A stretch of DNA of 63,411 nucleotides, filler included, from Folioceros fuciformis (GCA_049999805.1; 14 parts of 14 records of this genome joined end to end with filler, not necessarily neighbours in it), one strand, 5' to 3'; counted from the first letter of the whole stretch, positions 24,190 to 37,544 are shown. The notes: generated from the letters alone by a model not told the origin. Numbers and translations are program-made.

Positions 24190-26114
24190 GTTGTTCCATG
24201 ATTCATGTGCAACTCATCCCTTAATTCTTTCACAAAGTGATCCTCCCTTTCATAATCTTTTGCTCCATTATGTTTGCAATGGTGGATCATCTTTTCAGAG
24301 TCTTTACTCAAGATTCCAAAATTATTCAAAACTCTCTCTTTATTGAATACTTGATTATCATTTCTAGTTACAAAGTGGTCCCTATCGTGAATTACAAGGT
24401 CCTTAGCAATCTCCTCTCTTTGACTATGATATCCACTCAAAGCATCCATGAAGTTTGAAGAGAATTCTTGATTTGTTGGGTTATAACACCGGCTTCCACA
24501 TTCCTTACCATTGTAATTTAATTCATGGCCAAGATGTTGTTCCTTTTGAGATTGCGAATCTCCATCTTGAACCCTTTCTTTCATGATAGAGTCTTGGGTG
24601 GCTCCCAAACACTCTCTTACAGTGGTGGAGTGATCAACACTGTGAATGTGTTGTTCTTTGAAATGGGAAACATCAGCTCGATAGTCTTTCAAGAAACATT
24701 GAGGATGCACAACCCTATCCTTGATAAAGGTTTCACCGGCACCTCGAAGTTTGATGTTACTATTCAGGGCTTGTTGATGATGAACATTCATGTTGCTCAT
24801 GCATTGCTCACTTGCTCGAACTCTATATTGATCTGAAACCTTACGACGTGCTCTTTCTCTTTTCTCCTCCTTCTCATTCTGAATAGCATGCAGTGAGAAG
24901 AAAACTATTTCGTCCATCTGAGGAGGCAGACTAGCATCTTTTCTCTCCTTGTTGGTCATTTCTTTGAAGTAGTTCTTTGTGGACCCAGGTGCACCGTCAG
25001 GTGATCCCATGGGCCCAACAAATTGCCACTCTCTTACTGCTTTGTAGTCCTTCATCATATTCTCCCACTTGTCTTGACACTGGCTTCCACTTCTTCCCAT
25101 ATCTTTCGATTCCATATGCATAGCTACAATGCGCCATTTCTCAGCTGCTGGCAACTTCACTCCAGAAGCCTTATACAAATAACATCTCTCCCTCTCGTCT
25201 TTCTTTGCATCTATCAAAGTTAGCATCTCTGTCACCGTCCAAGGAGCACTTCGACTCCTTTTCTTGGGCACATTCATCATAGGGCTTGGAATACTAATTC
25301 CCGAGCATGGAATATTAATCATATTAGTGCCATTGCCAGAGCTACTTTGACAAGCTAGAGTAGAGGCATTGTTAGTGAGTTGTATTGCGCTTGTGTTAAT
25401 CATACTCAAAGAGCTACAATCCAGGCTTGTGCCATTGAAGGTTAAAGGACCCCTTGTGTTACAACAACCATTACTCATGATTCCTACATTATTCAATATA
25501 ACACCATTGTTTGTCTTTGAGATACCATTTGAGTTGGTGTTGTGAATATGCAAACCATTCCTCTTCGTCATGCTATTCATGGTATCAGTAAGGGACATTC
25601 CATCTACTTTAGGAGAATGTCCCATATGCGTCACTGGCGAGTTATGAAATCCACAGAAAGAGCTCGAAAGAATAGTTACAGAGCCATTAGCTGTATCATT
25701 GAATGCATTTTGACGTAACACTAAAACATTGGATGTCTTGTTTGTATTGAGTCCATCTACAACAGTTGCAACATCCTCATTACCAATGAAGTCACTGATT
25801 CTCTCAAAATCAGTTGTGATTTTGGATTCCTCATTCTCAATCTGCCCAACAAGCAGAGAAGGAGGCTTCTGCAGCCAATCGTTTGGAGTTAGCTGAACCT
25901 CTTCTTTACTATTTGTTTGTTGAGGACTAGCACGTACCGCTGTGATATTGTTACTTGCTTTATTCTTTTTCAAACTGAGGCTACTACTTGAAGTGCGAGG
26001 AGAAGACACACATGAAGTGATGATAATATTGTTGTTATCTACAACTTGAATAAGAGCATCTAGTGTCTCATTTGCTGGATTGGACACTTCCATTTTTGCC
26101 TTCAAAACAGACAT
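24190..26114 (-). CDS. Trihelix (Myb/SANT-like) DNA-binding protein with a long N/S-rich N-terminus; 3' end cut by the fragment edge
   Basis: RSAPWTVTEMLTLIDAKK..AEKWRIVAMHM..RSGSQCQDKWENMMKDYKAVREWQ..NYFKEMTNKERKDASLPPQMD within an uninterrupted ORF of more than 600 codons. Confidence 0.88.
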
Positions 26115-27239
26115 ATGCAAGATGTCATGAGCATCCTTTTAGACCTTTCCAAAGACACAAGAACCCAATACTTCAATCATGTAAGTATTGATTATGTAAA
26201 TTATTGGCTTTCATAGTTTACACACATTGACAAAAAAGATAACCTGGCCAAGTATCTCTTCTTTGCAGTTCGGAACCTCAAGCTATCAAATCCAATTATC
26301 AATGCTTTGCTACTACCTGGATTAGCAAATGGTTGAACATGATGCAGTGATGGTACGAAAGCTATGTAAATTCACATACACCAATTTTTGCATTGGTAGT
26401 TGAACTTGTGCAGCTAGTAAGTAGTGTATGATAAAGAAATAGTCTCAGCAAAAAGCTTAAAGTTGTTAAAGCTTAAAGCACTATTATAACATACTTACAA
26501 GCCAAGACAAGTTCATTTGAATTGCATGGTCCATCAAATCTCTGAGCGTCTTTAGAGGTCGCAAAAACTCTTTTTTTTCTGACGTTTGTCAAAAATTCCT
26601 TACAAACAGTGGTGAGCACAATGTTTTCACGTCTGTACATGCTGAGACGCACGGTTTGAAAGAAGAGTTTACTGTGTTAATCACCTTGATTACATTCAAT
26701 TTGTTGAAAATACATCACTTGTAACACCTAAAATATAGAAGAGACTACAATTCCATGAGCGTTTGATGTAGAGAATTTTATGGTTTGGTTTGTGGTTGCT
26801 TCACATGAAATGAGAGAAAGGTGTTTTGGTTTGTATTCTCTTCACATGAAAAGTGGAGACGACTTTTGTTGTCTAGTGAAAAGGGGTTGGTTAGCTTAGG
26901 AAGTGGTGAGTATTCAGAGCAACTGTCTACAGCATGTCCGGACGCCATGACATTGGCAGTTATCCATAAGTAACTTAAAGGCTTAACNNNNNNNNNNNNN
27001 NNNNNNNNNNNNNNNNNNNNNNNNNNNNNNNTTAATTAATTAANNNNNNNNNNNNNNNNNNNNNNNNNNNNNNNNNNNNNNNNNNNNGGAAAAAAGGATG
27101 ATATTCTGATAGTGTTTCAGATGGAGCGGGATAGTGTGAAGTCAGCTCTGTACAGGTTTGCTGTTTTAGTAGCTCTTATTTACGCCTCATGCCTTATAGC
27201 GGCTAAGCTCATAGGGCACAAGCTCAACTCTTCAATGAA

Positions 27240-28299
27240 CATGGCGTTTTCAGGGTTTGAGGGAGACGCATCTCCTGCAAAGCGGCGCATCTACCAACGG
27301 GATCAGCTAGGGCGCTTCGCAGCAGCGATAGCTAGAGCAACTGCCTTTGTGGAAGGCGCAAGAGCGCATCAATCTGCACAAACAGTAAGACAGAGTACAA
27401 GGAGAGCAAGCAGCTCAGGACGGCCGCGAGGGAGACCCCGAGGCACCACCAGAGCTGTGCTTGAAGCAAGACACCGGGAACCTGCATCAGGGACAGCGGC
27501 AGTGACGGCGGCTGCATCTTCTCATCATACCTGCTTGACTCCAGGCATCAGGACTGGTCAACGTACAGCGACTGCGCCTCAACCTCAATCCCGCACAACA
27601 CCAACTGCTGCCATAGGAGGTTTGAGGGACAGGTCACGTGAAGACATCCATTCTCGGGATACAGTAGAAAGACACCGCTTCAATCGTGATGAGTTTGAGT
27701 ATGCCGATTCTGATCAGCGCCCTCTTGTTCCGCCTAGGTTCCCAATTCCTGCAGGTGTAATGTCAGAAACAAGAATCATAACCCCTAGCAATTGGGAGAC
27801 GCCCGGAAGTCCTCTCTGATACAGGTGCACATCTACTGGGTTGGTGATGAAACACATTGAGCTGCAGCTATGCCGAGAATACAAAGATCACATCATCAAT
27901 ATCTACAGTAAGTCTTCATACCAACTTGAGTCTGTTCTTTTGTACTTAAATAGTCAGTATAGGCAATCTGATTCTTTGCCTTTGTGTTTGACCTGGAAAA
28001 GTCTTAACCCCCTGCTAACCTATGTCAATTGTCTGTGAACCATACTCCCCCTGTCTATCAAATAGGATCTAAAGATAGAGTGGAAGAAGAGAACAGCCTC
28101 GAGACAAAGGAGAGAATTTCTTATCAGGAGGAAGAGGTTTCCTCCTCACGATGAAAATGAAACTTTCTCTTCAGAATCTGTGGACCGTGATTTCTGAGAT
28201 AGATATGATGATTCAACGAGCTCCGAGAGCAGGAGATCTTTCCAATCTCCACCAGGAAATTCAGGCAATGACAACAGCAATGACTGGGGTTGTTACTAG
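27240..28299 (+). pseudogene. Antisense extra ORF abutting the copia RNase H; AT-hook-like motif; four in-frame stops
   Basis: One frame runs from MAFSGFEG through GRPRGRPRG to TAG at 28297-28299, interrupted only by TGA 27817, TGA 28036, TAG 28063 and TGA 28195. Confidence 0.5.
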
Positions 28300-28308
28300 C
28301 TTGGTTGG

Positions 28309-31300
28309 CTAGGTCTTAGACATGGCAGTGGGGCTGCCTTCATGGCTCCCCATGCCAAGGACTTTCATGTGCTTTTCGTGAAGTTCCCTTCTTAGGGACT
28401 TAGTTAAAATATCTGCTGGGTTTTTAGCTGTTGGCACATATTCCAGATCAATCTGTCCAGATTTGATCAAGTCACATATGAAGTGGTATTCGACTTCCAC
28501 ATGTTTGGTTTTGGAGTGAAATAGTGGATTGTGAGCAAGACTCATTGATCCTTGATTGTCTGTTTTTATTGTGGTGTAGGTTGGAAGTGGCAATCCAAGT
28601 TCCTTGAACATCAACTTACACCAAGCAATTTCCTTTGCAGCAGCTGTAATACACAATACTCAGCCCCTGTACTTGATAAAGCCACAGTAGGCTATTTCTT
28701 ACTATACCAGCAGATTGGTCCTCCAGCTATCATTACTACATAGCCGGAAACTGACTTTCGTGTATCTATGTCCCCAGCATAATCTGAGTTTGTGAAGACA
28801 TCCAGCTGTAAAGGTACGTATATTTCTATACCTTATACCTGTGTTATGAGTACCTTTTAGGTATCTAAACACTCTTTTAACACCTGTCCAATGTGTTTGG
28901 CCTGGATTTTCCAGTTACTGAGAAAGCAGACTCGTAGCACAAGCTACTTCTAGTCTTGTAGTATTTGCATCATAGATAAGTTTTCCTACAACCTGTCTGT
29001 AGGGTACTGATCTCATTTGATCCTTTTGTGTTTGTGTGTTAGGACACTTTGACTTGCTCATTTTCAGTCCTTGTACAAGGTAAAGGAGTAGCTTATGGTT
29101 TGGCATCCTTCAAACCAAGCTGTTTAGCACTATTTAACAGGTATCGTGGTTGTGTTAAAGAAATAGTTCATTTATGCCTGTCACGCTGAATCAATATACC
29201 AAGGCAACTTTGTAGAGCACCTAGGTGTGTCATTTCAAACTTGGTTGATAACACCTTGTTTATGTCTTTGATGAAGGTAGGACTGTTACAGGCCAATATG
29301 AGATCATCTACATATACAGCAAGGTAACATACAACAGCTTTAGATCTGTAAACATATAAGCTTCCATCTGAGACACATTTAATAAAACCTAGGGATCACA
29401 GTTCTTCATCAAGAACAACATTCCATTCAAGGGCAAATTGTTTCAACCCATACAAGGTTTTAATGAGGCGTAAGACATAGACTTCTTTTCCTTTCACCTC
29501 GTACCCAGGTGGTTGTTGCATGTAAATTTCAGTGTCCAATTTTCCATGTAAGAAAGCCGTCTTTACATCAAACATATCTAACTCATAATCATAGTGTGCT
29601 GCAAGTGCACAGATAGTGTGAAAAGTGGCCAGCTTCATAATAGGAACATATGTTTCTAGGTAATCTAGACGTGAAACTTGAGAGAAGCCTCGGGCAACTA
29701 GCCGAGCTTTATAGCAATCAAAGGTACCATCTGCTTTAACTTTCAGTTTAAAAACCCACTTGCAAGATACAGGCTTGCGTCTAGGAGGTAACTTAGCTAA
29801 TTCCCATGTTCCTTTTTTTATCAATGAATCATATTCAGACTAAATAGCCTTTTGCCATTCTGCAGCATCAGGGCTACTCAAGGCTTCTTCATAAGACTGA
29901 GGCAATAGCATGTACAGAGGGTGTGAAATCTTGAGACTGATAATAATCTGGTGCTCGTCGTTCTCTTGCAGGATAGCGGCGCATAGGTTTAGGTTCATCC
30001 TCACCATCACGATCAAGATCAAGATCGGGATCAGGACCATCATCGTCATCAGGAACAAGAGGTTCAGGATCAACAGCAAAATGAGGAGGTGGATCCTGTA
30101 TGTGAGCAGCAAAGTCAGGTACTGCTAATTCATCTACCTGCTCTACTCCCTGTCCATTATTTTGCTGATTATCTTCCCCCTTTGCAGGAGCAAACTCCTC
30201 ATGTGGAAGGTCGGGAAAAATTATGATGTCAGAAAGAGTAGACAAATCAAAACCCTATTGGGAGGTGGGAAGTACTCCCACTGGCTGCCAAAAACGTGTT
30301 TCATCAAAAGTCACACTGCGGGCATAAGCCACCTGATTCTGAGGTACATCATTTAATTTATATGCCTTAATACCTTCAGTATAGCCTATCATGAGATATT
30401 TCTTGGCTTTAGCAGCTAACTTGGTGCGCTTGGCTTTAGGAACAAAAGCATAAGCAAGGCAACCAAAGGTGCGAAGATGAAGATAGCTGGTTTTCTGCCA
30501 AAGAAGGATTCATAGGGGGTTTGCCCCACAACGGCAGTGGTAGGCAGCCTGTTACGCAAGTACACAGCTGTCATAAGGGCCTCAGCCCAATATGGAAGTG
30601 GCAGAGAGGCCTAATGTAACATAGAGGAAACCATTTCCTGCAAAGTCTGATTCAAGAGCTCAGCAACACCATTTTGTTGTGGTGTGTAAACAATTGTAAG
30701 TTGTCTACCTATTCCCTCAACAACATAATAGGCCTGGAATTCATTAGATGTGAATTCTCCACATTGTCAGATCGGAGGGTTTTTAATTGTTTGCCAGTCC
30801 ATCTCTCTGTATATCTCATATAGTCTTTAAACAGAGAAAAACACTCACTCTTGGCCTATAAGATGTAGGCAATGACAAACCTAGTTTTGTCATCAGTGAA
30901 TGTGAGGAAATATTTGCCACCACCGATTGAAGGCCGGGACAGAGGCCCCCATATATCAGTGTGGACAAGCTCAAGAATATCTGAAGCTCTATGAGGGGAT
31001 TTGTTCTTGAAAGCTGCTTGATGACGTTTCGACAACACACAAGCTTCACACAGAGGTAGGGGTGGCAAGCTGCCTATTTTTCCATCACTGTATAGCTCAC
31101 TATTAGCAAGTTTGTACAGCTTTGCACTTTGAGGGTGACCTAGGCGAGCATGCCATAACTTAGGCTTATCTTCTAACTTACTTGTTGCTTCTGAAGAGTT
31201 AGAAGCTAAGTGTGTCTTTGTTGTGTGACTACGAGTGTGTAGGTGAAACAAGTCATGTTTTGATGACCCAGAGGCTAGTATCTTGCAGGGATCAAAAGCA

Positions 31301-31460
31301 TCAATGATCCTGCACTCTGCAGGGGTAAACAGGATGTGAGTATTGTTATTCAAGTTTAGTTTCCTAACAAAGATCAGATTCCTAGTCATTTCAGGGACAT
31401 AATATAAATCTCTAAGTATGAGTGTGATTCTAGACGGAACTGGAATTTTTATTGTGCCTT
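28309..31460 (-). mobile_element. Decayed Ty1/copia pol (post-protease region, integrase, RT, RNase H)
   Basis: LWHARLGH..SELYSDG, HTDIWGP, YKARLVARGFSQ, FDVKTAFLHG, TDNQGSMSLAHNP, NPADILTK, with many stops and frameshifts. It shares LYSDG, PSIGGG.YFLTF and KPK(R)RTKL with the 15800-20462 polyprotein. Confidence 0.93.
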
Positions 31461-31598
31461 AGATTACTCCAATAGGTGGCGAACTAGGAGAGCGGGGTCC
31501 TTGCCCCTTCTTCCTCCCATGAGGTGAGGGTGGCCGTTTAACTTCGAACAACTCAATCTCGTGCCGTTCGTTGTAGTCTAGTTGTGCAGCCAGTCGAA

Positions 31599-32700
31599 CT
31601 AGTTCCATGCGGTTCGCCTCTTCCTTATCCTTGGCGCTCCCCCTGTTCCTAGTACTAGAGCCAAGAAGTCCTCTAGCTCCAGACAGGTGGGTGGCGGGGC
31701 ACTCAGCAGCAGGAGTTGTTTTCCTGTCGTAGACATGGCCCTGATATTTTGCCGCTTGGGCAAAGGTGCATGGGCTGATGGAGCTCTTGCTTTCCGCTTC
31801 AAAGAAAGGCTGGTCAAGGAGTTGGGAGCAGAGGCCATGAACGGTGATTGCGGCGCTGCTTTGCGGCTATCCTCTGAGGGGTTTGAAATCGGTAGAGGCA
31901 TTGAGGTGGTAGGGAGAGCCTTGAGCTGAGTGGACGGCGTCATAGTCTTCTTCTTGGGGGCCAGTGGAGGGGCAATGGAGGAGGGTGTCAGGGCAAATGG
32001 TAGCTGAGACAATGATGCTTTCTCCAAATCCGTTAGGACCTTATGATGGTCCCTAATGTGGAAAAGGAAAGGTGAAAGGCCCGAGGCGGGTGGCTTCTCC
32101 TGCTTGAGCTTTCCAGCAGTGAACTGGATTCGATGTGCCACTACCTTTCCCCAATCCATGGGGGTTCCCTATGCTAGTCCGTAGAGGAGTAATAGAACTC
32201 TGTCTACTAAATGGTTGATCTTCGTCACCAAAAGCCACTTGATGATCAGGTGGGCCACTCCCCTAATCTTAGGTCCACGATGTCATGAATTAACCACCCG
32301 TTAGTGGCCTTGGTAGAATCCTTAGTCAGGAGCGTGGCTTCTACCTCCTTCACTAACTCCTTGTTGCACTGGGAGTTGAGGTAGAGTCCGCCACGCTCTT
32401 TCGCCGGACGTCGATAGACTTCCCGCATCATCTAGATGGTCCACAACGTGGGATTGTCCCTGATCCTGGAAAATGCAGGCTTGCCCCAAGCACACTGCAG
32501 CATGGTCTGAGTGAATTCGTGGACGATGGCCATCGAGTTGATGGCCCAGGAAAATTGGAAAATTCCCAACTCCCATTGTTCCATGAGGTCCCCCCCTATT
32601 GCTATCCAAGGCGCAAAATTGGGATAGGAGTGCTTCTGGATCTGCTCCACGTTGAGCCTCTAGGTATTGCCGACTTCAAGAAATTGTTGTGGTGCCATGA
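31599..32700 (-). pseudogene. Degenerate ORF with the same unnamed domain (copy 3) plus a P/S-rich tail
   Basis: YPNFAPW..DLMEQWELG..IVHEF..IRDNPTLWTI*MMREVYRRP..GGLYL..ATNGWLIHD..MDWGKVV..LSPFLFHI. Confidence 0.6.
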
Positions 32701-33202
32701 CGAAGGAGTCCTGAGAGCTAGAAGCGAAGGAAGGGGAGGGGTGAGGCAGCAGAGGGTGACAGCTCGTCAGATTCCAAGAGAAAGCGGAAGGGCTACCAAG
32801 AACGGGGGGGGAGCGAGAAGAACGTAGAGTGTTGGAAGATGGAGTGGAATAACAAGAGGACGGAGTGGGGTGAGAACGTCGTTAAAACTCTCAGTAGGGA
32901 TGGCGGGAAGGAGAGAGAGTGGAGTGGGGCATATCGGCTAGCGTACGCTCACGTCAATTCTTATGCCTAGCGGCTCTGGTACACCTGCAATCGTTTGGGA
33001 TGGTTACGCCTCGAGGCGCCTTCTACATGATATCAAGTACCAGAACTTGAATGGATCGTCCTTACTGTCAATCTATTTGTCTAGTGATCGTCTAGAGGTC
33101 CAGCATGCCTTCTACTTTGGAGCAATAAAAAGCATCAGAGTACTACTCTAGGGCTTATTATTGGACCTGACACCTTTCATATGATCATTGTTCTGTGATA
33201 CT

Positions 33203-34200
33203 CTATAGGTAATCCACAAGGGCCTGTCTATTCACCTCTCCTGTGTGTGCACCAGGATTAATAAAAGCTACAGGTCTGCGGACATCTTGCTCATCTTCAT
33301 GCTCTAATAAGTGGGCCATAGGTTCCACACCAATATCAATGAGCATGTTGTGAAGAACACAACATGCATATGTGACTTCAAAAAGGTACTTCAAATTGTC
33401 TCTCCATGTCTTACATCCAAGTATCTGAAAACACCCTTTAGTTGGCCGAAAGCTTGCTCGACAACCATGCTGGTAGATGACAACATGCAATTGAACCTAT
33501 CCACTTTTTCTAGTAAGCAATAGCTTGGTTTTGCCGATATCAATCATGGTAGTGCAACGTACCCAAAGTCCCCTATGATGCATTCTCCCACATCTGTTCT
33601 CAGTAGCTGAACATTTGGCCCATTCGAATGTTGCCCAAAATTCGCTAGACCATATGACACACTATTGGCTAGAATTCTTTGATCAGTTAGGCTTCCTGGC
33701 CAACCTATAGAGATGTCCAAAATTGGCCCCACTATGGCCTGCATTGCCATGGTATATGCTTTGTACTTGCCAAACCATGCTAAAGGGTCTTCTCCTCCTC
33801 CAAGCCTCACATAGAAATGTGTCACATCTATAGCTCCACAACAATTGGGGAGTCCTTTCTTAACATGAAACCCCTATTTCACTTTTAACATCTCAGTACC
33901 TACCAGCCAAGATAGATGCACTCCACCTCTATGAATAATCGCAGTCATGAACCTTCTCACAATCTTGTGCACTGTCGAAGTGCCTACTCCAAAGCTCTCA
34001 CCTAATGACAACAATGTATCCCTAGTTGCGAAGTGTCTTAATGCAATTCCCACTTGTAACTCAACAGACATCACTCTACTTCGGATATCAGCAAAGCTAG
34101 GGACAGCAGTTCGAGCTAAATCCTCACGTACAAGGTCACAAAGATACTAGAAATGGGCTAAGAGAATATGAAAACCTCCGGAAACCTGTGGGGTCAGACG
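33203..34200 (-). mobile_element. PIF/Harbinger DDE transposase (HARBI1/ALP1-like) pseudogene
   Basis: SVELQVGIALRHFAT..FGVGTSTV, LPNCCGAIDVTHF, GWPGSLTDQRIL, IIGDFGY, VVEQAFGQLKG, ACCVLHNMLID. Stops and frameshifts present. Confidence 0.9.
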
Positions 34201-34585
34201 ACCCAACTTCACACTCAAAGAGTCGTCACATTTGCTTGCATCTTGGCTTCATGTATTATGGCCTGCACTTTGTGCCATGAAGGAATCCCCTTGGTAGTTT
34301 AGTGACATTGTTGCCAAGCTGAGAAAACAATACTATGGTTGCTTCTAGCTCATAAGCTATGAGGCATGCTACTCATACATTGGTCTTCTGTCAATAACAT
34401 GATGAAATTCCACAGATCATGAATGATAGCCATGATGGCAACAATGACCGTATGGATGGCTTGTAGAAGATGAGGTTGCATGACANNNNNNNNNNNNNNN
34501 NNNNNNNNNNNNNNNNNNNNNNNNNNNNNTTAATTAATTAANNNNNNNNNNNNNNNNNNNNNNNNNNNNNNNNNNNNNNNNNNNN

Positions 34586-34680
34586 GCTCTGCGAGGGCCA
34601 TTGATGGAACCCACGTACGTACTGGTAATCCTGGGCACATGTACCGTGGAAGGAAAGGGACACAAACATACCAACACCAT
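34586..34680 (+). mobile_element. Short Harbinger transposase fragment
   Basis: Translates RAIDGTHVRTGNPGHMYRGRKGTQT, matching the GAIDGTH..YRxRKG catalytic segment of plant PIF/Harbinger transposases. Confidence 0.55.
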
Positions 34681-35024
34681 CGCAACCGCATGCGCCAGCC
34701 AGATGCAATGATCGGCGTCTCGGTACCTACCACGACACGACTCAATCGTCGCTGTTGCCACCACCGCCATATCCGTTCCGTTTGCCTCCATCCCACCCCA
34801 CCCCGCGCGGCGCGTCGCGTCTCGTCTCGTCTCGTCGCGTCTCTTACGCCACTCGCAGGTGCTGTCTTTGTAGCCACCCCACCTGGTACGAGCGGCGATG
34901 CGATCTTAGGGTTACCAGTCCCGTGTAACGGATAACGGATACCCAGGACGGACCAGTTCCAAGAAGCAAGGAAGGAGGGAGGCAAGGAAGCAAGGAAGAG
35001 GAACAAGCCATGAGCACCCGTATT

Positions 35025-35121
35025 CTTGCTCGCTTGCTTGCTTGCCTGCTTCATTACACCAACTTCTTCTTCTTCTTCCTTCCTTCCTTCCTTCCTTCCT
35101 TCCTTCCTTGCTTGCTTGCTT
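35025..35121. repeat. Compound microsatellite (CTTG)n/(CTT)n/(CTTC)n
   Basis: Direct reading of the sequence. Confidence 0.9.
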
Positions 35122-37040
35122 CAATCACGCCCATACCCAAAACCCCAACGTGCCCAAATGAGGAGCACGCTCGATGATAGATAAGTTGGGGAGGAAGTGT
35201 GGGACATGCTAACACCGAAACAAGCAGACATGCGTTAGCCGAACATCGATCCCGGTGGAAGGTAAGGAAGACGAATGGATGGGAGGCAGGTCCCCCCAAA
35301 AGACCATAGCCCGCACTTGCTACTGCATACATATGTTCGTGGCCCAGGTCTTGTGGTTAGCAGTATGAATAAATCAACTTGGGCAAGGCCACTGAGTGAT
35401 GCCCAGGACCGTTACCTTCATCCATGTATGTACCACCACCCACCATCACGCAAGTGCAACAACGGCAGTATGTTATAGTATCTGGCCAAGGGTCTGCTGT
35501 GCGGGGTGCTGTGCGGTGTTGTGTGCTGAGGCCTGGCAATGAGGTAGGTATACGGTGTTGTAGACCAAAATCTACCTCGTGATCACTTTTTACCTCTCAC
35601 CGGAGATTGGGGACAAGGGCGAGCTGGGCTCGTGCGTGTGGGCTTGGGAGGAAGCAAGGCCAAGCAGACTCGGGGCTGAGGCCCAAGGCGAACGGCGTGT
35701 GTGACAAGAGAGATGGTGAAAGAAAGAAAAACAAGCAGGTCCAGGAGTTAGGTGTGGTGGTGAAATGCGGTCTCGTGTTCTCTCGGGTTGCAGGCGCCAG
35801 GGGGCCAGGGGGCCAGGGGCCAGGGGCCAGGAAGTCCTGGGAGTCCTGGGGACCCTGGGCTTACTGGCTGTGTGCGGCTGATCCGTCTCCTTCAACAGGG
35901 GCCCCAGCGTTTAGAGTTGCAAGCAGGTACCGCCTGCCTGATGAGATGCAGTTAGTCCAGTACTGGTCTGACCACCTGAGTGACTGCTGGTGTGTGCGAG
36001 TGAAGCGGTGTTGGTAGAAGGTACGCTGGCACACATGGCCGTTGATGGTGCACTGGCTTGCTGCTGCTCCTGCTGCTGCTGCTCCGCTGGTGCTGGTGCT
36101 GGTTTTTTGTTGGGCATTAGGGCAGGGCGCCAGGGCCAGCCCATCGTTTTGGTGGGCGAATCGCCATGAATCCACACACTCAGATTCGGTGTTGTGGGGT
36201 TTTTGTGACCCAGCCCGCCCGCTCCCCCATCACCCCGGTGGCGGTGCCTCATGGGTGGGTTGGGTGCCGCTCTGCTGCTCTCTTCTCGCTGCTGCTGCTG
36301 CCCAGATTCGCTCCCTGGGCTTCCGCCCATGTAGGCGAGGGCGTTGGGCATCCGCCGCTACCCAACTAATCTGCCAGCCTCTTATTGCCAACGACTTGCA
36401 CTTGAAGCGAAGCCATGGAGTGGAGTGAAGTGGAGTGGACGGCTTCTCTCCTTCGATATGGAATCCACTCACACTCTCTGCAACGCAGTGACCAATGCTC
36501 TCTACTCTCCACCAGCCCGATCGTGAGACTCAACGCCATTCCTTCCTTGTCGCGTCTGGCAGCCAAGATATATGAGAGAATGCATTTGCAGTAGAGTATA
36601 CCACCCAAGTCAAAAAAGAAAGAAAAAAAAAGGCTCCGTCCCTCCCGCTCGATGTGAGATCTAGCTAGTGTTCGAGGTACCATAACCAAATCATGCCCGG
36701 CCTGGGCAATAGCCTTGTTTTTGTGGGTTTGGGCCAGAGGCGGTGTTTCCGTGGTGGGCTTTGCGAGCTCTGTCCTGCAACGGCCATGAGCAACCGGGTT
36801 GGCTTGTGGGTTTCCCTGGGAAGGAAGATAATGAAAAGTAGGAAGAGCCGGTTGCAGGCTTCCAGCAGCGATGGCATCGTCATAATGGGCGTAGGTAACA
36901 TGGTACTGGGCATGTGAGGGGGGAAGCAATTAGTTCGCAAGTACACAAGCCACAAGCAAGGCAGAGACAGAGACAGGGGAAGAGAGAGAGGCGGCAAGTA
37001 CTTTGCTGGGAGCTACGGCTGCCCAGCAGCAGCAGCAGGG

Positions 37041-37080
37041 TGCAGTGCAGTGCAGTGCAGTGCAGTGCAGTGCAGTGCAG
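37041..37080. repeat. (TGCAG)8 microsatellite
   Basis: Eight perfect copies. Confidence 0.95.
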
Positions 37081-37353
37081 GGCAGCGCAACGCAGCACAG
37101 GCCATCCTTAAAACTCCTCTGTGCTCGCTTACGGACGAGTGACAGGAAAGGAACTGGTACCCTGAGCCCTCAGTAAAGCCCCGAATTGACCACAGTAAAT
37201 GGGCGGCCTGACCCTGCAGTACCATGGACGCCAAGCCAGCCATAATCTCAGTGGTTGACACATAGATCCATCACGTTGAGGCGCGAGAGACGTCCAGCGT
37301 CTGCCCGCGCCGGTATCCTGCTAATCCTCCCCTCCCGCACTCGCGCTCTCTCT

Positions 37354-37400
37354 TCTCGTCTCCTCTCGTCTCCTCTCGTCTCCTCTCGTCTCCTCTCGTC
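37354..37400. repeat. (TCTCGTCTCC)n tandem repeat at the fragment end
   Basis: About 4.5 copies of a 10-bp unit. Confidence 0.9.
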
Positions 37401-37544
37401 NNNNNNNNNNNNNNNNNNNNNNNNNNNNNNNNNNNNNNNNNNNNTTAATTAATTAANNNNNNNNNNNNNNNNNNNNNNNNNNNNNNNNNNNNNNNNNNNN
37501 TAAGTTGAAAAAGAAAACCAAACCATACCACTATTAACCCTTTT

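Noticed and set aside
24190-34200. Trihelix/Myb gene as the second ORF of the Harbinger element
   Set aside because: They lie on different fragments separated by a spacer, and the trihelix ORF is intact and host-like.
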